The notes below the pieces were generated by a model, which was not told where the DNA came from, searched no databases, and was given only the letters and a program-made list of their open reading frames with translations. The position numbers and the translations under genes are program-made. Below are positions 8,424 through 18,199 of a stretch of 64,000 bases of DNA, piece after piece. The stretch comes from an uncultured Chloroflexia bacterium (GTDB lineage Bacteria; Chloroflexota; Dehalococcoidia; DSTF01; WHTK01), in the NCBI GenBank assembly GCA_963711035.1, contig CAVQCN010000001.1, positions 1,025,942 to 1,089,941 of the forward strand, given 5' to 3'. Every line of letters starts with the position of its first letter. Position 1 is the first letter of the stretch.

Positions 8424-8795
8424 TCAATTGGACGCTGCCTGGATTACGTTCAGCACGGTTGGTAATGAGGTCATGACTTCGTCATTCTTGAAGCGCAGGA
8501 CGTTGAGTCCGATGTTCTCCAGGTAGGCTTGTCGATTGGAGTCATCCTCAATGCTCGTTTCGTGGATTGGCCCGTCCACTTCAACGACGAGCTTTGCTGC
8601 GTGGCAGTAGAAGTCGACGATGAACGGCCCGATAGCGTGTTGGCGCCTGAAGCGCAGGCCGTTCAGCTTGCCGCCGCGCAATTCCTGCCAGAGCATCTGC
8701 TCTGCAGACGTCGGTTCGCGCCGATGTTGTCGTGCTAACGGCTTCAGCTGCTCCCAGATCTGGGGTGGAGTTTGCCACACACGTTCTTCGTCCAT
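8424..8795 (-). CDS. DUF559 (Vsr-like endonuclease fold) domain protein
   Basis: Internal ATG 8793-8795 of track ORF 8424..9014 gives MDEERVWQTPPQIWEQLKPLARQHRREPTSAEQMLWQELRGGKLNGLRFRRQHAIGPFIVDFYCHAAKLVVEVDGPIHE...GLNVLRFKNDEV. The upstream part of the track ORF is Arg/Ser junk. Confidence 0.8.
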   Translation of the reverse strand: MDEERVWQTPPQIWEQLKPLARQHRREPTSAEQMLWQELRGGKLNGLRFRRQHAIGPFIVDFYCHAAKLVVEVDGPIHETSIEDDSNRQAYLENIGLNVLRFKNDEVMTSLPTVLNVIQAASN

Positions 8796-8823
8796 CAGAT
8801 TCTTGGCCGAAGGCCATCGTCCT

Positions 8824-8860
8824 CCCCTCTCCGATTTCGGAGAGGGGCTGGGGGTGAGGT
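8824..8860. repeat. Right terminal inverted repeat (10-bp hairpin 8824-8847 plus gggggtgaggt)
   Basis: Inverted copy of the left repeat; t8860 is shared with the cinA TGA stop (8860-8862, minus strand). Confidence 0.7.
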
Positions 8861-10092
8861 CATCGCAGCGATTGCAGCAGCATGCGCAGCGCCTGGGTGA
8901 CGGCGCGGCGCTTGATCGCCTCTCGCGACTGGGGGAAGTGGAAGCCGATGTCCTGTGACGGCACGGTGTCGCCGCCATCGAGGCTGATGTAGACCTGGCC
9001 GACCGGCGCGCCATCCTGCGGGTCGGGGCCGGCCACGCCCGTGATGCCGATGCCGATGTCGGCCTGCAGGTGCTCGCGGACGGCGGCGGCCATCGCCGAG
9101 GCCGTCTGGGCGCTGATCACGCCGTGCTCTTCGATGATCGCCGGGTCGACGCCCATCATCTCTTTGATATCGGTGGCGTAGGAGACGATGCCGCCGCGAA
9201 AGTAGGCGCTGCTGCCCGGCACGTTGGTGATCGTGTCGGCGAGCAGCCCGCCGCTGCACGACTCCATGACGGCCAGCGTCAGGCCGCGCTCTTTCAGCGA
9301 CCGGCCGGCTGAGCTCTCCAGCGTGTCGTCGTCCGCGCCCCAGACAGAGGGCCCGAGGATGCGGCGCGCCTCCTCTTCGATCGGAGTGAGCAGGGCCAGC
9401 GCCTCTTCTGGCGTCGCGGCCTTGGCGCCGATGCGCACGTGGATGCCGTCGCCGCGTGCGTAAACGCCTATCGAGGGGTTCACGGACTTGAGCAGCGGGC
9501 TCAGCATCTCGTCCACGCTGCCTTCACCGATGCCGACCGTCTTCAGGGTGCGCTTCACGAGCACCGCGCCGTCGGAGCGGCGCAGCAGTTCCGGCGCGAC
9601 CTCCTCGTCCCACATGCGCATCATTTCTGGCGGCACGCCTGGCATGGCGACGATGATCTTGCCGTCGCGTTCCACCCACCAGCCGGGAGCGGTGCCGCGT
9701 GGGTTGGGGATGTCTCGCGCCGATGGGATGAGCCAGGCCTGCTTCAGGTTGCGCTCCGGCATCACGCCGCCGGCACGGCGGGCGAACCAGGCGCGCAGCT
9801 CTTCTTCGAGGCGTGGGTCTATGGCGGGCTCTTCGTTGAGGACGGCGGCGATTGCCTCGCGCGTGAGGTCGTCCTCCGTGGGGCCGAGGCCGCCGGTGAT
9901 GATGACGAGGTCGCTCTCATCGCGGGCGTGCGACAGGACGTCGACAATGCGGCCGAGGTTGTCGCCCACGGTGTGCTTGAAGTAGACGTCGATGCCGAGC
10001 GCGGGCAGCCGCGAGGCCACATAGGCGCTGTTGGTGTCGATGATCTCACCCAGCAGGATTTCGGTGCCGACGGCCATGATCACAGCTCGCAT
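8860..10092 (-). CDS. cinA: CinA-family competence/damage-inducible protein (MoCF-binding + NMN deamidase PncC domains)
   Basis: 410 aa MRAVIMAVGTEILLGEIIDTNSAYVASRLPALGIDVYFKHTVGDN...VIITGGLGPTEDDLT...; full-length two-domain CinA. Confidence 0.9.
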   Translation of the reverse strand: MRAVIMAVGTEILLGEIIDTNSAYVASRLPALGIDVYFKHTVGDNLGRIVDVLSHARDESDLVIITGGLGPTEDDLTREAIAAVLNEEPAIDPRLEEELRAWFARRAGGVMPERNLKQAWLIPSARDIPNPRGTAPGWWVERDGKIIVAMPGVPPEMMRMWDEEVAPELLRRSDGAVLVKRTLKTVGIGEGSVDEMLSPLLKSVNPSIGVYARGDGIHVRIGAKAATPEEALALLTPIEEEARRILGPSVWGADDDTLESSAGRSLKERGLTLAVMESCSGGLLADTITNVPGSSAYFRGGIVSYATDIKEMMGVDPAIIEEHGVISAQTASAMAAAVREHLQADIGIGITGVAGPDPQDGAPVGQVYISLDGGDTVPSQDIGFHFPQSREAIKRRAVTQALRMLLQSLR

Positions 10093-10198
10093 GGTGCCTT
10101 CTCTCTTCTGGTTGAAGTGAGGTGAGCATAGCAGGGGTGAAGGAACAAGGAACCGGGAACAAGGAACAGGTTGGCCGGCTCCCTGGTTGCTGTTGCGC

Positions 10199-10444
10199 TC
10201 AGTCCGTTTCGGGGCGTGTGTGGGTCTCGACGTAGCGCATGAAAACGAAGAAGGGGATGGCGCAAAGGAGCGAAATCACGCCGAACCAGGAGGGGAAGAG
10301 CAGCAGGAAGACGCCGAATGCAATGAAGAACGACATGCCGAGCACGCAGATGATGCGCACCACGGCCAGCCAGGCCGGCGCCCGCGGCTCGCCTGCCGGA
10401 ATAGGCCAGATGTCGTCGTCGTCGTCGTGATCGTCGTTGGCCAT
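10199..10444 (-). CDS. Small two-TM membrane protein with acidic N-terminus (hypothetical), upstream of cinA
   Basis: 81 aa MANDDHDDDDDIWPIPAGEPRAPAWLAVVRIICVLGMSFFIAFGVFLLLFPSWFGVISLLCAIPFFVF...; coherent hydrophobic helices; same strand and tight spacing with cinA. Confidence 0.45.
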   Translation of the reverse strand: MANDDHDDDDDIWPIPAGEPRAPAWLAVVRIICVLGMSFFIAFGVFLLLFPSWFGVISLLCAIPFFVFMRYVETHTRPETD

Positions 10445-10538
10445 CGCCAGGGCATCCTAGCATTCTCGGCGGGCCTGGTTCGATAGGCCGCCAGTCGGTG
10501 GCTAGGTAAAGTGATCAAATGCTGTGACATCTGCCTCA

Positions 10539-10567
10539 TTGACCCGCGGAACGCTGCTGCCTAGAAT
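10539..10567 (+). promoter_or_regulatory. Sigma70-type promoter for pyrG (TTGACC-17nt-TAGAAT)
   Basis: ttgacc at 10539-10544, 17-nt spacer, tagaat at 10562-10567, about 55 nt upstream of the pyrG ATG. Confidence 0.5.
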
Positions 10568-10622
10568 GACTGATGGGCGGTAATACGGGTAGAGATCAAC
10601 CGCCAATCCCCGGAAGGGGCAC

Positions 10623-12275
10623 ATGCCAAAGTACATATTCGTAACCGGCGGGGTGATCAGCTCCGTCGGGAAGGGCATAACTACAGCGGCCCTCGGTCGC
10701 ATCCTCAAAAGCCGCCGCGTCTCCGTCTCCGTCCAGAAGCTCGACCCTTATCTCAACGTCGATCCCGGCACGATGTCGCCGTATCAGCACGGCGAAGTCT
10801 TCGTCACGAGCGACGGCGCCGAGACCGACCTGGACCTGGGCCACTACGAGCGCTTCATCGACGAGGACCTGACGCGGGCCAGCTCGCTGACCATGGGTCA
10901 GGTGTACAACGCCGTCATCCAGAAGGAGCGCCGCGGCGACTTCCTCGGCGGCACAATCCAGGCGGTGCCCCACCTGACCTCCGAGATCAAGAACCGCATT
11001 CGCGGCATCGGCCGCATCACCGGCGCGCAGGCCGTGATCATCGAGGTCGGCGGCACCGTGGGTGACATCGAGGGACAGGTGTTCCTCGAGGCGATCCGCC
11101 AGATGCGCCGCGAGGAGAATCCCGAGGATACGCTCTCGATCCACGTGACTTATCTGCCGTACATCAGCGCGACCGGCGAGCTCAAGACGAAGCCGACGCA
11201 GCACTCCGTGCAGGAGCTGCGACGCATGGGTATTCAGCCGGACGTCATCCTCTGTCGCAGCGATGCGCCCGTGACCGTTGAGACGCGTGACAAGATCGCG
11301 CTGTTCTGCGACGTCGAGCGCCGCGCCGTCGTGCCGGTGCCGACGGTACGCAGCATCTACCAGGTGCCAGCACTCCTCGAAGACGCCGGCCTCGGCGACT
11401 ACGTGGTCGAACGCATGGGCATTGACGCGGCAGGACGGGACCTCAAGGACTGGCGTCTGCTGGTGGAGCGCATGCTGAACCCTCAGGGCAGCCTCAAGGT
11501 TGCCGTCGTCGGCAAGTACGTGGAGCTGCGTGACGCCTACCTGTCGGTGAAGGAATCGTTGATCCACGCCGGCGCCTTCTTCGACCAGGACGTCGAAGTG
11601 ATCTGGATCCACTCGGAGGAAGTCGACGAGAGCAACGTCGCGGCGCATCTGCGCGGAGTCGACGCCATCGTCGTGCCGGGCGGCTTCGGTGAGCGCGGCA
11701 TTGAGGGCAAGATCCTGGCAGCGCACCACGCCCGCGAGAACGACATCCCGTATTTGGGGCTCTGTCTCGGCATGCAGGTCATGGTGGTCGAGGCGGCGCG
11801 TGCGGCACTGGGTACGGACGCGGTTAACTCGACCGAGTTCGACCGCGAGACGCCGAACCCGGTGATCAGCATGCTATCGGAGCAGGAAGGCATCAGCGAC
11901 AAGGGCGGTACGATGCGGTTGGGCTCCTACCCCTGCAAGCTGACGCCCGGGACGCGCGCCCAGGCGGCGTACGGCGTCGACGACATTCGGGAGCGCCACC
12001 GCCACCGCTACGAGTTCAACAACGCCTACCGCGAGCGCCTGGAGGCGTTCGGTCTCATCGCCAGCGGCACGTCACCGGACGGTGCGCTGGTCGAGGTCTG
12101 CGAGATTCGTGATCACCCGTTCATGGTCGGCACGCAGTTCCATCCGGAGTTTAGGTCCCGGCCCGACCGGCCGCATCCGCTGTTCCGGGAGCTGCTGCGC
12201 GCGGCGAAGGAGCGAGCGGCAGCGCAGGCTCGCAAGGCTCCGGCGGTCGAAGAGCCTGTCGTGGCCTCGAGCTAG
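10623..12275 (+). CDS. pyrG: CTP synthase
   Basis: 550 aa MPKYIFVTGGVISSVGKGITTAALGRILKSR... plus C-terminal glutamine amidotransferase domain (GLCLGMQ, HPEF). Confidence 0.95.
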   Translation: MPKYIFVTGGVISSVGKGITTAALGRILKSRRVSVSVQKLDPYLNVDPGTMSPYQHGEVFVTSDGAETDLDLGHYERFIDEDLTRASSLTMGQVYNAVIQKERRGDFLGGTIQAVPHLTSEIKNRIRGIGRITGAQAVIIEVGGTVGDIEGQVFLEAIRQMRREENPEDTLSIHVTYLPYISATGELKTKPTQHSVQELRRMGIQPDVILCRSDAPVTVETRDKIALFCDVERRAVVPVPTVRSIYQVPALLEDAGLGDYVVERMGIDAAGRDLKDWRLLVERMLNPQGSLKVAVVGKYVELRDAYLSVKESLIHAGAFFDQDVEVIWIHSEEVDESNVAAHLRGVDAIVVPGGFGERGIEGKILAAHHARENDIPYLGLCLGMQVMVVEAARAALGTDAVNSTEFDRETPNPVISMLSEQEGISDKGGTMRLGSYPCKLTPGTRAQAAYGVDDIRERHRHRYEFNNAYRERLEAFGLIASGTSPDGALVEVCEIRDHPFMVGTQFHPEFRSRPDRPHPLFRELLRAAKERAAAQARKAPAVEEPVVASS

Positions 12276-12671
12276 ATATCGAGTTTCTCCAGGTTGCAAG
12301 CAGTCGGGCCGATAAGTACAACAAGCGGAAACGATTCGAGAGAAAGAAGCATTAACCCTGGGGGCCTCTCGGACGTTAATAGAACAGGACACCTGCAACG
12401 CGCTTCTTCTCCGAGGGTGGGGTATCGATCGGATCGAGTCGAAGAGCGCACTCGCTGGACAACAGCCCTGGCCAGGAGAGCGTACTGCTGAAAGACGTGG
12501 TACCAAGAGGTTCTAATCAACCCCGCGAGAAGTTCATAAGAAGAGAGCCAGTTTACTTTTATCGGAGATGGTGGTAAGGTTGATGGTAGCCAGTTTCTCT
12601 GGCTTCGCGGCAGCATTTCTAGTCTGCCCAGCAGTACGTCCACTCATTAGTCCTAGCCTACGGAACGCCGG

Positions 12672-13964
12672 ATGACATCGGTAGAACAGCGTCGTTTTGG
12701 CCTCACCGAGCTCGAGCAGCTATCGCACGACGAGCTCGCTGCCATCAGCAACGAGCACGGAATCGAGCTCTCGCCTCACGTTCGTCGCAAACAGGATTTG
12801 ATAATGCAAATCCTCGCTGCACAGGCGGCGCAGGAAGGCGCCGTTTTCCGTGCTGGCGTGCTCGAGATCCTGGATGAGGGCGGCTACGGTTTCTTGCGCG
12901 GTCAGAACTTCCTGGCCAGCATGAGCGACGTCTACGTCTCGCAGTCCCAGGTGCGCCGCTTCGGCATGCGCACCGGCGACTACGTCACGGGCACGGTTCG
13001 CGCGCCCAAGGACAACGAGAAGTACTTCAGCTTGCTGCGCGTGGAGACGGTCAACGGCATGGAGCCGGAAGCGGCGAAGCGGCGGCCCCACTTCGAGCAC
13101 CTCACTGCCGTCTTCCCCGACATCTTGATCGATCTCGAGACGGCGTCGGACAACCTGTCGCAGCGCATCATTAACCTCGTGTCGCCGATCGGTCGCGGCC
13201 AACGCGGGCTGATCGTCTCGCCACCGAAGGCCGGTAAGACCTTCATCCTCAAGAACATCGCCAACGGCATCACGACCAACTACGAAGATATCCACCTCAT
13301 GGTCCTGCTCATCGGTGAGCGGCCGGAAGAGGTGACCGACATGCGCCGCTCCGTGGACGGCGAGGTGGTCGCGTCGACCTTCGACGAGCCGGTCGAGGAC
13401 CACGCCCACGTTTCGGAGATGGCCCTCGAGCGCGCCAAGCGTCTCGTCGAGGGCGGCAAGGACGTCGTGATTCTGCTCGACAGCATCACGCGCCTCACGC
13501 GCGCCTACAACCTCTCGATGCCGCCGTCTGGCCGCACGCTCTCGGGTGGTATCGACCCCATCGCCCTGTACCCGCCCAAGCGCTTCTTTGGCGCCGCCCG
13601 CAACACGGACGAGGGCGGCTCGCTGACCATCATCGCCACCTGCCTGATCGATACCGGAAGCCGCATGGACGAGGTCATCTACGAGGAGTTCAAAGGCACC
13701 GGTAACATGGAGCTGCACCTCGACCGCCGTCTGGCTGAGCGCCGCATCTTCCCGGCTATCGACATTGCCCGCAGCAGCACCCGTCGCGAGGAGTTGCTGC
13801 TCGATCCGGACACGCTGCGCCAGGTCTGGCTGGTGCGCCGCATGACAGCAATGATCGGCGCCAACTCCCCGAACCCGACGGAGGCGACGGAGCGCCTGCT
13901 CGACAGGCTGGCGCGGTCGCACGACAACGCCGAGTTCCTGCAAACCCTGAAGCAAGAGGCCTAG
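12672..13964 (+). CDS. rho: Transcription termination factor Rho
   Basis: 430 aa; N-terminal RNA-binding domain, Walker A GLIVSPPKAGKT, Q- and R-loops; preceded by a 396-nt untranslated leader (12276-12671). Confidence 0.95.
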   Translation: MTSVEQRRFGLTELEQLSHDELAAISNEHGIELSPHVRRKQDLIMQILAAQAAQEGAVFRAGVLEILDEGGYGFLRGQNFLASMSDVYVSQSQVRRFGMRTGDYVTGTVRAPKDNEKYFSLLRVETVNGMEPEAAKRRPHFEHLTAVFPDILIDLETASDNLSQRIINLVSPIGRGQRGLIVSPPKAGKTFILKNIANGITTNYEDIHLMVLLIGERPEEVTDMRRSVDGEVVASTFDEPVEDHAHVSEMALERAKRLVEGGKDVVILLDSITRLTRAYNLSMPPSGRTLSGGIDPIALYPPKRFFGAARNTDEGGSLTIIATCLIDTGSRMDEVIYEEFKGTGNMELHLDRRLAERRIFPAIDIARSSTRREELLLDPDTLRQVWLVRRMTAMIGANSPNPTEATERLLDRLARSHDNAEFLQTLKQEA

Positions 13965-14088
13965 GGATTGGCATCCCGCGCACAGCCGCGCGGGGTGACG
14001 GTTGACGGCGGAGCGCTTCTAAGACCGTCCGATGCTTGGTCCTTTAGACTGACGGGCCGTTTGCAGGCCAAGTGATAGCCCGAGAGAA

Positions 14089-14112
14089 CCCCGATTCGTC
14101 GGGGCTTTTTTT
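14089..14112 (+). terminator. Rho-independent terminator downstream of rho
   Basis: ccccga-ttcg-tcgggg hairpin followed by cttttttt. Confidence 0.6.
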
Positions 14113-14370
14113 CTGGTGTCGTCTGTACTGGAACACCTGATATAGATAACACTGAATAAACCTGCAAGGTTTTGTATGGAGCTCGGTTTGTCACCGATCC
14201 GTAACGTTCGCATTGACATTTCGGTGTACGATGTTGCGGTACTACGCCAGGCGGGCAAAAGAAGCGGGCTGACGGGAGTTCTCGCAGCCGAGCGGAGGTA
14301 ACGTAGTATTCGGGAAACGCCTGACCGGCTTCCTCGACCACGACCCCAGGCCCGGCGCTCGGGACTGACG

Positions 14371-15633
14371 GTGAGACAAAGCACCGGCAGGCAGTTTCGA
14401 AGGCCCCTGTTTCACGCAGTCATCATCGCCATAGCGGTGGCCACGGCCTTCTATGCTGCCTTCCTGCCCAGTCGATCCGCATCTCGCGCCGGCGTACTGG
14501 CCGAACAGGTGAACGCCTCCGGCTCTTCGGCGGAGGCGGCGTCTCAATCTCCCCAGTCGCCCACGTCTTCTGACTCCACGCAAACTCAAGGCGAAGTCAC
14601 GGTCCTCACCGCACTCGCACCCGCGGAGAACGTCATCGACCCGCTGCAGGCTGCGAAGCAGCCGTCAGAGTCGAGCGTGCAGATCAACGCGCTCGGGCCT
14701 ACTGATCCCAACGGCGACGCCACGCCCGAGTCGGGAGCGGTGGACGCGGCTCGCAATGGGTTGTGCGAGACGACGGACAGCCTGCTGTACTGCGTCTACG
14801 AAGTCCAGTCGGGCGATACGCTGACGTCGATCGCTAACAAGTTCCAGCTGCAGGGCACGGACGACGTGCCCTCGTGGCAGCTGCTGGTCCAGAGCAACAA
14901 GCCCGACATCGTCAGCGAGGACGACCTGCTGCAGATCGGCCAGAAGCTGCGCATTCCGTTGCAGGCCGGCATTGTGCACACGGTCCTCAGCAGCGAGACG
15001 CTGATCGACATCGCCGACGAGTACGGCGTGACGCCGGAGGACATCGCCGCGGTCGGCGCCAACGGCATCGGCGACGCCGATGCTCTGACCATCGGCCAGG
15101 AGCTCATCATTCCCAACCCAACGCGTCTTGCCGCTCCCGTGACGGCGGTCGACGAAAGTGTCGACGCTGCTGCGGACGCCTCGTCCGATGGCGGGTCTGG
15201 TGGTGGCGATAGCGGTGCGAACGCCGCTGCGGCTGCGGCTGCAGCAGCCGGTCCGAAGTCGGCCGCCGGCTTCATCTGGCCGGCCACCGGTCCGATTTCC
15301 AGCTACTTCGGCCCGTCCCACCCGCTGGGCATCGACATCGACCTCTTCTCCAACCCCAACGAGCCGATCGCGGCAGCGGCGGGTGGCGTCGTGACCTTTG
15401 CGGGTGGCAATACCTGCTGCTCGTACGGCCTCTACGTCACCATCGACCACGGCAATGGCTTCGTGACGCTGTACGCGCACATGTCGGTGCTGTACGTGAG
15501 CACCGGCCAAAGCGTGTCGCAGGGCGAGATCCTGGGCCTCGGTGGCAGCACCGGTTACTCGACCGGCAACCACCTGCACTTTGAGGTCCACGACCACGGC
15601 TCGATCGTCAACCCCCTCAACTACCTGCCCTGA
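14371..15633 (+). CDS. Membrane-anchored LysM-domain M23 family peptidase (cell-wall endopeptidase)
   Basis: N-terminal TM LFHAVIIAIAVATAFYAAFLP, two LysM repeats (YEVQSGDTLTSIANKF...; HTVLSSETLIDIADEYGV...), C-terminal M23 motifs HGNGFVTLYAHM...GNHLHFEV. Confidence 0.85.
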   Translation: MRQSTGRQFRRPLFHAVIIAIAVATAFYAAFLPSRSASRAGVLAEQVNASGSSAEAASQSPQSPTSSDSTQTQGEVTVLTALAPAENVIDPLQAAKQPSESSVQINALGPTDPNGDATPESGAVDAARNGLCETTDSLLYCVYEVQSGDTLTSIANKFQLQGTDDVPSWQLLVQSNKPDIVSEDDLLQIGQKLRIPLQAGIVHTVLSSETLIDIADEYGVTPEDIAAVGANGIGDADALTIGQELIIPNPTRLAAPVTAVDESVDAAADASSDGGSGGGDSGANAAAAAAAAAGPKSAAGFIWPATGPISSYFGPSHPLGIDIDLFSNPNEPIAAAAGGVVTFAGGNTCCSYGLYVTIDHGNGFVTLYAHMSVLYVSTGQSVSQGEILGLGGSTGYSTGNHLHFEVHDHGSIVNPLNYLP

Positions 15634-15803
15634 GCCGAGACAGCGGCAGTTTCCCGAACGCGGTCTCGCACGAGGCCGCGTTTCCCTTTGAAGTTGAAGG
15701 CTTTGTTGTAGGTGGATGTCAGCGCAAACGATGGGTCGCCGGTCGGTATCCGACAGGCTTCTTCGTCAGTCGTCCTTCGCGCAGCTCGCCGCCACGCTAA
15801 TGG

Positions 15804-16430
15804 CTAGCCGCGGAAGGTGAGCAGGGCGACTGTAGTGTCGTTGGGCAGGTTGCTCTTCGTGATGCTGAGGCGGGTCTCGGCGGGCTTTGGCTCGACGCCG
15901 AGCTCTTTAAGGAAGCGGTCGACGCCGTCCAGCTCAGCCGTCGAGTTCTCCGTTTTGTACATCATCGGGATGACGAGCTTGGGCTCGATCATGCTCACCG
16001 TCTCGGCCGCCTTGCTGGCGTCGAGCACGTCGCCGCCGCCCACCGGCAGGATCAGGACCTCGGCCGTGCTGAAGATGGAAGCGTCGTCGGCGTGCGGCGT
16101 CTGGGCGATATCGCCGAGGTGGCAGATGCGTACGTCGTCCATGTCGATGATGTAAGCAATGTTGCGGCCGGTCGGCGCGCCGTGGTCGGTGCGTACGGCC
16201 GTGATCATGACGTTGGCGATGTCGTATTCGCCGGCCCCTTCGAGCACCTTGTAGTCGCCGGTGATGGCCTGCAGATAGTTGTTCTCGGGCTTGTCCTTGC
16301 TGATCGTGATGATGTCGGCGGCTATCTTGCCGATCTTGTAGCCCGTGTTGGGCGCACAGGGGTTGGTGACGAGGGTTGCGTCGCGGCCGCGCAGCCGGAA
16401 GCAGCCGTGACCGAGCCAGTAGATTTCCAT
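15804..16430 (-). CDS. MBL-fold metal-dependent hydrolase (UPF0173 family)
   Basis: Internal ATG 16428-16430 gives MEIYWLGHGCFRLRG...TNPCAPNTGYKI...HLGDIAQ; the upstream 77 codons of the track ORF are Ser/Cys-rich junk. Confidence 0.8.
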   Translation of the reverse strand: MEIYWLGHGCFRLRGRDATLVTNPCAPNTGYKIGKIAADIITISKDKPENNYLQAITGDYKVLEGAGEYDIANVMITAVRTDHGAPTGRNIAYIIDMDDVRICHLGDIAQTPHADDASIFSTAEVLILPVGGGDVLDASKAAETVSMIEPKLVIPMMYKTENSTAELDGVDRFLKELGVEPKPAETRLSITKSNLPNDTTVALLTFRG

Positions 16431-16497
16431 ATACCTGCAGCATAGAGCAGGAACCGTGAACACGGAACAGGGAGCCAGGATCCGGGGCGCGAAGCCC

Positions 16498-18114
16498 CTA
16501 GGACGGCACGAATCGTTGCAGTAGTGGGAGACGGGCGACCAGCATGAATGGCTCGCGGCAGCGCATGAGCAGGGTTGAGGCGAGGTAGACGAGGCCTCCG
16601 GCGCCACCCGCACCGACCAGGATGACGAAGGCCTGTAGCCAGCGCTCCGGGTCCAGGCCAAGGCCGCTTTGTAGCAGGACCCGCATCGCGCCGACGGCTG
16701 CGGCCGTGAGCAGCAGGGCGATGACGAAGCGCAGCAGCGTGTAGCGAAACTCGGGGTCGGCGAGGCCCGGCATGCGGCGAGCGAGCAGGACGACGAGGGT
16801 TGAGAACTCGACGACCGCTGCGAGCGACAGCGCCAGGCCGAGGCCGCGTACCTCCATCGGCCCCACCAGCAGAGCCGCCAGCACGACGTTGACGACCATC
16901 GACCCGATGGCGACGCCGACGGGCGTGCGCGTGTCGCCCTGAGCGTAGAAGCCTCGGCTCAGGATCTCGATGCCGCTATGGGCGAAGAGGCCGATGGCGT
17001 AGAAGCGCAACGCCTGCGCCGTGAGCGTGCTCGATTCGACGTCGAAAGCGCCGTGCTGCAGCAGGACGACGACGAGCGGTCGCGCCAGCAGCAGCAGGCC
17101 GACGCCGATAGGCAGGCTGAGATAGAGGATGAGACGTAGCGCCCGTGACAGCGTGTGGCCGAACTCGGCGTCGTTTCTGGCGGCCTGGTCGGCCAGCGTC
17201 GGGAATGCGGCCGTCGAAATCGCCATACCGACGACGCCCAGCGGCGTCATGACGATGAGCCAGGCGAAGTTCACGGCGGAGATAGCCCCGGATTCGAGCT
17301 TGGAGGCGAAGTACACTGCCACGAAGTAGAAGCTGATCTGGCTCGCCGCCAGACCCAGCACCCGCGGTGCCATCAGTGTGCCGACCTCGCGCACGGCATG
17401 GTCGCGCCAGTTGGCGACGGCGCGGTAGACCATGCCCGCGGCCTTGAGGTCGGGCAGCTGCACCGCCAGGTGGAAGGCGGCGCCGGCCACGACGCCCGCC
17501 GCCAGCACCTTGACGTCCTTCGAGATGAGCGCGGCGACGATGATCGAGAGGTTGTAGAGCATGGGCGCCACGGCCGGCGTGATGAAGTGCCGGCGCGCGT
17601 TGAGGATGCCCATGAACATGCCGCTGACCGAGAACAGGATGGGGGAGAGGAGCATGATGCGCGTCAGCTTGACCGCCAGGTCCTGCAGCTCCGCCTCCTG
17701 GCCGGTGTCTTTGCCGAGTCCTGGCGCCAGCAGCGGCACGATGACGGGCGCCAGCACGAAGGCGACGACGGCGAAGACCAGCGTCGCTGCCAGCACGAGG
17801 TTGATGATCGAGCTGGCGAGGCGCCAGGCTGCCTCTTCGCCGTCACGCACGCGCACGCCGGCGAAGACGGGGATGAAGGCGCTTGCCAGCGTGGCACCCG
17901 CCAGCAGCTGGAAGACGAGGTCGGGCATGCGAAATGCGACCCAGTAGGCGTCCAGTTGGGGGCTGGTGCCGAAGGAGCCGGCGATGATGACGCTGCGCAG
18001 CAGGCCAAGGACGCGGCTGCCCATGAATCCCGCCGCCACGACCAGCGCGGCGATCGCCAGGCTCTGGCTGCGGAGCAGTGAGCGGGACGGCTGCGGGTCT
18101 GTCGCCACCGGCAA
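16498..18114 (-). CDS. murJ: Lipid II flippase MurJ (MviN)
   Basis: 538 aa, ~14 TM, motifs SRVLGLLRSVIIAGSFGTSPQLDAYWVAFRMPDLVFQLLAG. Confidence 0.9.
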   Translation of the reverse strand: MPVATDPQPSRSLLRSQSLAIAALVVAAGFMGSRVLGLLRSVIIAGSFGTSPQLDAYWVAFRMPDLVFQLLAGATLASAFIPVFAGVRVRDGEEAAWRLASSIINLVLAATLVFAVVAFVLAPVIVPLLAPGLGKDTGQEAELQDLAVKLTRIMLLSPILFSVSGMFMGILNARRHFITPAVAPMLYNLSIIVAALISKDVKVLAAGVVAGAAFHLAVQLPDLKAAGMVYRAVANWRDHAVREVGTLMAPRVLGLAASQISFYFVAVYFASKLESGAISAVNFAWLIVMTPLGVVGMAISTAAFPTLADQAARNDAEFGHTLSRALRLILYLSLPIGVGLLLLARPLVVVLLQHGAFDVESSTLTAQALRFYAIGLFAHSGIEILSRGFYAQGDTRTPVGVAIGSMVVNVVLAALLVGPMEVRGLGLALSLAAVVEFSTLVVLLARRMPGLADPEFRYTLLRFVIALLLTAAAVGAMRVLLQSGLGLDPERWLQAFVILVGAGGAGGLVYLASTLLMRCREPFMLVARLPLLQRFVPS

Positions 18115-18199
18115 ATGCTAGCACGCGGCCGACGTTGCTCTGACCGTGGGCCTGGGCTATAGTTCGCCTTTTCCGAGTCGTGATCCTGCGAGGACGGCG

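Larger units (their letters stand above)
8375..8860. mobile_element. Miniature inverted-repeat-flanked cassette carrying a DUF559 endonuclease gene
   Basis: Left end 8375-8413 acctcaccccc-ta-ccccctctccgATTTcggagaggggg; right end 8824-8860 cccctctccgATTTcggagagggg-ct-gggggtgaggt is its inverted complement. The right end abuts the cinA stop codon. Confidence 0.5.
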
